The notes under the pieces: model-generated
Told to the model about the DNA's origin: nothing
The model's input: the letters and a program-made list of their open reading frames with translations, nothing else
Database searches by the model: none
Program-made: the position numbers and the translations under genes
Source: Macrostomum lignano
Lineage: Eukaryota
DNA: 64,000 nt
NCBI GenBank assembly: GCA_002269645.1
Contig: NIVC01000126.1
Span: 682,001 to 746,000 of the forward strand
Direction of reading: 5' to 3'
In this document: piece after piece, positions 59,901-64,000 of the stretch
Layout: each line of letters begins with the position of its first letter
How positions within the stretch are numbered: the stretch's first letter is position 1

Positions 59901-62854
59901 AATCCATGACGGCTAAAACAACTTGTAGAAGTTTCATTATGCAGCAATTCATTCACAGTTCGCAAAGACGTATTAACAACGCTAGATTTCCATTTTCAAT
60001 TCCCTACAGAAGCGCTGCAAGACCCTCGGCTCTGGGTGGACTCGGCTTCCCAAAATGCCTTCGACACCGGAGCCGCTATGGGCCTTATCGTTCCCTACGC
60101 AACCTACATGACTAGGAAGCATGGCGTCGTGAGGTTCTCGACGCTGATTCCCGCCATGAACAACTTTGTTAGGTAACACAATTTCAATCGTTTTTTTCTA
60201 AGTTTAGCAGGAGAACTTTTGTTGGAAACAAGGAATTTAAAAAGCTCTCATGGCAATTTTCATTCCGCAGCATGCTGTGCGCACTGACCATCTTCTCGAC
60301 AGTGTTCTCCACTCTGATCCAGACTCAGAGCACTCTATCGCGCACCGGCATCGTGGAGATTATCAAGCAATCTGGACCGGCTTCCACTGGGCTCACATTC
60401 ATCTGGATTCCCGTGCTATTTGCTCAGGTTGGCGTCTTAGGAAAAATTCTCTGCGTCTTGTTCTTCCTCTGCCTCAGCTTTGCCGGTGTTAGCTCGTTGA
60501 TCGCCAATTTCGAATTGACGTCGCTCACTCTGCAGGACTTTGGAAGTAAGCTGTCTACTAAATAAATAATTATTGCTCATGAAGGCATGAGCCGCCAAAG
60601 CTCAGAGTAACATTCGTACAAGCCTTCGGACGTGACGATGAGAAGTCAGGGCCGCTGTAGACTATGTATGACGTGTATGTGTACTTATCTGCGTCCGTTT
60701 GCATGCTCTGGAGTCAGTGGAGTGGCCATGACTGCTTGCCTTCTGGCTGACTTGGGATCAACTGTCGCTTGATTTTGCAGCGGACAGTATGTTTCTACGG
60801 TTGTAGGAGATGACGCAATGTATGGGGATGTACGAGTGTACCTGACTGAGCATCCCCAATATGTTCATGAGCCAACTCTGTTAAGCAAAGAGTTTCAAAA
60901 TGAACTTTAGCTACCTCTTATTTGCATCGTTCTAAATTCCAGTTCCACGAAAGTATGGCACACCGATTGTGATAGTTGCAACCTTCTTGATTGGTCTGCC
61001 GTCGGCTATGGAGATTGAAATTCTAAGAAACCAGGTACGCCGCATTTGGAAGTTAATTGTCTAATTAATACAATTTTAATATGAAACGTTTGTACAACGA
61101 AATTGCAGGACTTTGTGTGGGGCTTCGCTCTAATGCTGTCTGGCATCATGTTCCAATTGTTGGTAATTAAGTACGGCGTTAGAAAATTCCAGCAAGAGGT
61201 TGTGAATGACTACGGCGAGAAGGACTGGCGTTTGACCATCGTTACTATGATTATCATTGTGTAAGCTGGCCGCTACAATTTCCACTTGAGTAATCGATTT
61301 CTTAGTTCATTGGTGAATGACAGGCATATACTTGTATCCGGCCCTCGGGTCCTTTCAAACTACACAATGGCAATCTGTCTAGCTCAAGGCTTATGTCGCT
61401 TCTCCCCGTCTTCCGTCTTCTCTCTCCTATCTTCTCTTAACCCTCTTCTTTATCCCCTTTCTCCTCTCTCTCATCTTGTCTCTTCTCATCTTTTTTATTA
61501 TAGGCAGGGGGTTGTGTGCACCCTGGCGCACTTTAAGCGACATAGGCACACAACCGGCGAGAGGCATTACTGCCCATTCCGCCGACTCCCCTGAGCAGGC
61601 ATACAAGCGCGCGGATACGTACGCAGGCACACACTCACACAGGAGTGTACAGCGGCCCTAACTTTATATTATCGTTAGGAATGTACACTTCACTGTGCCT
61701 TGAGGGGTTGGCTCTCAAGGCCGTTAATTGCACGAGCAGAGCCAAGCCGAGATTCGAATTCAGCCCCAAATTAATGTGACTGAACTTGGAATCGAGCCTG
61801 GGTCGCTGGCACACCAGAGCCTGCGCTAGACCGCTGGGCTACGGCCCCCTTCTCATCTTCTCTCTTATATATTTTCTCTCATTCCATCTCTCGTCTTTTC
61901 TGTTCTTTCTCCTCTCTTATCTTCTATTCCCTCTCATTTCCTCTCTCATTCTGGCTTTATTTGGCTCTTGAGGTAAATGTCACCGACCTCTTAACATGAA
62001 GCGATGTCAACACGAAAAACCGGACCCTTTACGCCTAGTAAAACTTGTAGATTATAAAGCTTAATAGTTTAAAAAGCTTACTCAGCTACATTGTTTTATC
62101 GTATTTTTATAAAACCTAGTTTGACAAGCTGACAAAGTGATTACAGATTAATGAATCAATTTATTCTCCGATAATTTTGTTTTCAGCGTCATCGCTCCAC
62201 TCGAAGCGGTGGGCCTGTTGGTCTGGTGGGGCTTGAGCTGATCCGCAGCACCGCGGATGAGGCACCAGGCAATCGCTGGTACGACTACGGCGTTGAGACC
62301 TTTGTCACCGTCATCACTGAGGTCAGTTGCTACGATGCCATACTCAAAGCGCCTTGAAAATGACTTTTCGTCTTAAGTTAGGACAAATTTAGTTGGTACG
62401 ACTTATGAAGCACTAAGTGGTTAGCAAACTACGAGTCAATCCTTTGGTTTTAAGCAAGAACTGTTAAATTTTAAGTTCGATTCTAGAGCATTATACTGAT
62501 CTTGAGAGTTTAAATGGAGGATGTCGCATGCGAACTACCTAGAAAAGTAGTATTAGCCGCTGTCATTTACTGAAATAGTAAAATTTACTGAATTCATGTG
62601 CCATCTTTCAATTCGTACTATTCTTTATTTCGCAGTGGGTTGCGCTGCTGCTGCTGCTATTGTTTGTCAACGTTCTTGTCTATTACCTGCGACCATCCTG
62701 GATGAGGGAGGACACGGACGAGTCCAAGTACGCCAATGGCGAGGGCCAATTCGAATTGAAGTCGTCCGGTGCCTATTCACGACCGTTCGAGCCCGGGGCG
62801 GTCAACTCGGCCTACGTTAACAGCAACGAGAATCTGTCCGATGTCAAGTACTAA
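53978..62854 (+). CDS. SLC6 / neurotransmitter:sodium symporter family transporter, prokaryote-like, ~576 aa; exons 53978-54007, 54093-54243, 54694-54877, 59036-59159, 59636-59840, 60010-60172, 60271-60545, 60943-61034, 61109-61260, 62187-62321, 62636-62854
   Basis: GTVVGTGNIWRFP, IEYAIGR, YYSVVLGW..YY, WIEKAN, LWVDSASQNAFDTG, FFLCLSFAGVSS, NQDFVWG. All GT-AG and phase-consistent if one G is restored in the G-run near 62230. Confidence 0.92.
55388..55916. mobile_element. hAT-like MITE with CT-rich interior
   Basis: Begins CAGGGCTCGGCAAAC..GGCCC and ends ..CACCGACCTCTG (imperfect TIR); TSD not evident; related partial copy at ~61335-61990. Confidence 0.55.
55989..58776 (-). CDS. Type I membrane protein: signal peptide, single CUB domain, TM helix, short basic tail (234 aa); exons 58776-58680, 58073-57938, 57860-57709, 56413-56225, 56119-55989; nested antisense in SLC6 intron 3
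   Basis: Phases 1,2,1,1 all match; 705 nt. ISSPRYPDSYPDSATCRWVI..VELEMLDYEMQESPSCTRDFVEVRDG..RYCG..LLVAFLSD..RGFLMRY is a canonical CUB pattern; ends ALICVSCLLAVGFASAFTLLAINERRRA*. Confidence 0.88.
56530..57670. repeat. ~29-30-bp G-rich minisatellite (GGCGGCCCAAGTTTAACCAACTGGGGGAGGGGT)
   Basis: Direct reading; lies in an intron of both the CUB and SLC6 genes. Confidence 0.94.
58235..58565. repeat. ~20-bp-based tandem repeat (GACGTCAAGACACCCAAAGT), with an ~80-bp higher-order duplication at its start
   Basis: Direct reading. Confidence 0.85.
59265..59460. repeat. 24-bp tandem repeat (CTAGGGATTCCCTGCCCGGAACAA)
   Basis: About 6-7 copies in SLC6 intron 4. Confidence 0.88.
61335..61990. mobile_element. 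Partial copy of the CT-rich hAT-like MITE, interrupted by a SINE
   Basis: Shares TATCCGGCCCTCGGGTCCTTT..CACAAT.GCAATCT and ..AGGTAAA..CACCGACCTC with 55388-55916. Confidence 0.55.
61493..61848 (-). mobile_element. tRNA-derived SINE (family A), second copy with 11-bp TSD
   Basis: Reverse complement of 36174-36538 with scattered substitutions; CTTCTCATCTT at 61482-61492 and 61849-61859. Confidence 0.9.
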
Positions 62855-63554
62855 TGATGAAATTGCCTTGTTGTATAATATATAATATCCTCTATAACTG
62901 ATTCGATTGGGAATGAGTTGGATGCGTGTAATTAGTCTACCGTGTAATGTTTTTGGAAGGCTGGAACAAAATTGTCAGCATTATGAAAAGTCGCCTCCAA
63001 TTGCTCCAGTAAGCAACATCTCACAGTCTACATTGCCGAGACATGCATTACATAATCACAACGCTGAGCAATAGGATGTAACACAATGATAGCATCGTTT
63101 CACTTTTTTATTAACATTATTGTTAAAGGGTGACAGGGTGACGGCTTTACAATTTTGCTGAGTAGATTTTCCTAGGTATGAATACTTTCTATTGGCAGAG
63201 CATGGGAAGAATATAATTTTGGAGATTACGCAGTCGTCGCAGTCTTAGCTATGGCTAATCTGCAATTCAAGCTGTAACTGTGTTGCTTTTCTCTGCGTTT
63301 CGGAATGTAATGTTTCTGATTAACTCGCGTTTTTTTCAAATTAAAAATAAATCGATCAATAATAAATATCTTGTCCTCAAGGATGGCAGAATCCGCAAAA
63401 TAATAATTTTTTGAAGGGTTTTTCTTGAATTAAATTTATCGCAGTGTTTAGTAGTTCTTAATATATTTTCTCTTTCAGTATTTAAAGGAATTGTGCGTAT
63501 CATAAAGTATTAATAGTAATAATTGATTACGCCTTGCCCTGTTGGATAGTTGTG

Positions 63555-63690
63555 TCGCCACACACACACACACACATCCTCAATTACCCCATAATAATCC
63601 TGGTGCCCATTTTACAGCTTGGTGAACTGATGAAGCAATGCAGAGTTGAGTGTCTTGCTCAAGGACACAAATTTAAGTGAGTCGAACCCC
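63555..63690 (-). mobile_element. Truncated SINE family B copy
   Basis: Similar to 52600-52735 (TTTTACAGCT..GAAGCAATGCAGAG..TTGCTCAAGGACACAAAT). Confidence 0.7.
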
Positions 63691-64000
63691 TATTAATAAA
63701 ACGCCAACAATATGCTACATGCGATATGCGATACGGAATTGTGTAAGTCATTTCGATATTTTAGATAATTTTAGGCAGCTTCTGCAAACTTAAAGTTCGA
63801 CACAGAAACGAACGCTTCCAGGTTAGACTAAACTCTATAAAAGCCCACCTTTGCTTATATAACTGCCTAGATTGCATTATCTACAAGAATGCTGATGATT
63901 TACAATACCTGTTACTGCATGCGCTGTAGACTTTTCTTCTCCCCCTCAAACTGTTTATCTCTCTGTAGTTTGGGTCAATTGTCCAAAGTCATTTACCAAA

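Overview
Repeat-rich eukaryotic (animal) genomic DNA with spliceosomal GT-AG genes, GC-rich exons and long minisatellites in introns. The style suggests a flatworm such as Macrostomum, but that is inference only. Genes reconstructed by hand with phase-consistent splice sites: a SID-1/SIDT-family gene (5' part, minus), a complete 3-exon mLST8, a single-exon APC16-like ORF, a 4-exon orphan gene, an intact 9-exon CxC+KDZ (Kyakuja-Dileera-Zisupton) transposase gene (~742 aa) whose introns are full of other repeats, a ~3.5 kb intronless SAMD9-like STAND NTPase starting at an assembly gap, and an 11-exon prokaryote-like SLC6/NSS transporter that hosts a complete antisense 5-exon CUB-domain membrane-protein gene in intron 3. 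Also present: mariner remnants of two families, two tRNA-derived SINE families, hAT-like MITEs, fold-back-like inverted minisatellite arrays, a ~6.2 kb palindrome ending at a 544-N gap, and many tandem arrays. Most long ORFs in the supplied track are artefacts of tandem repeats. All family assignments are from recalled motifs; no database search was run.
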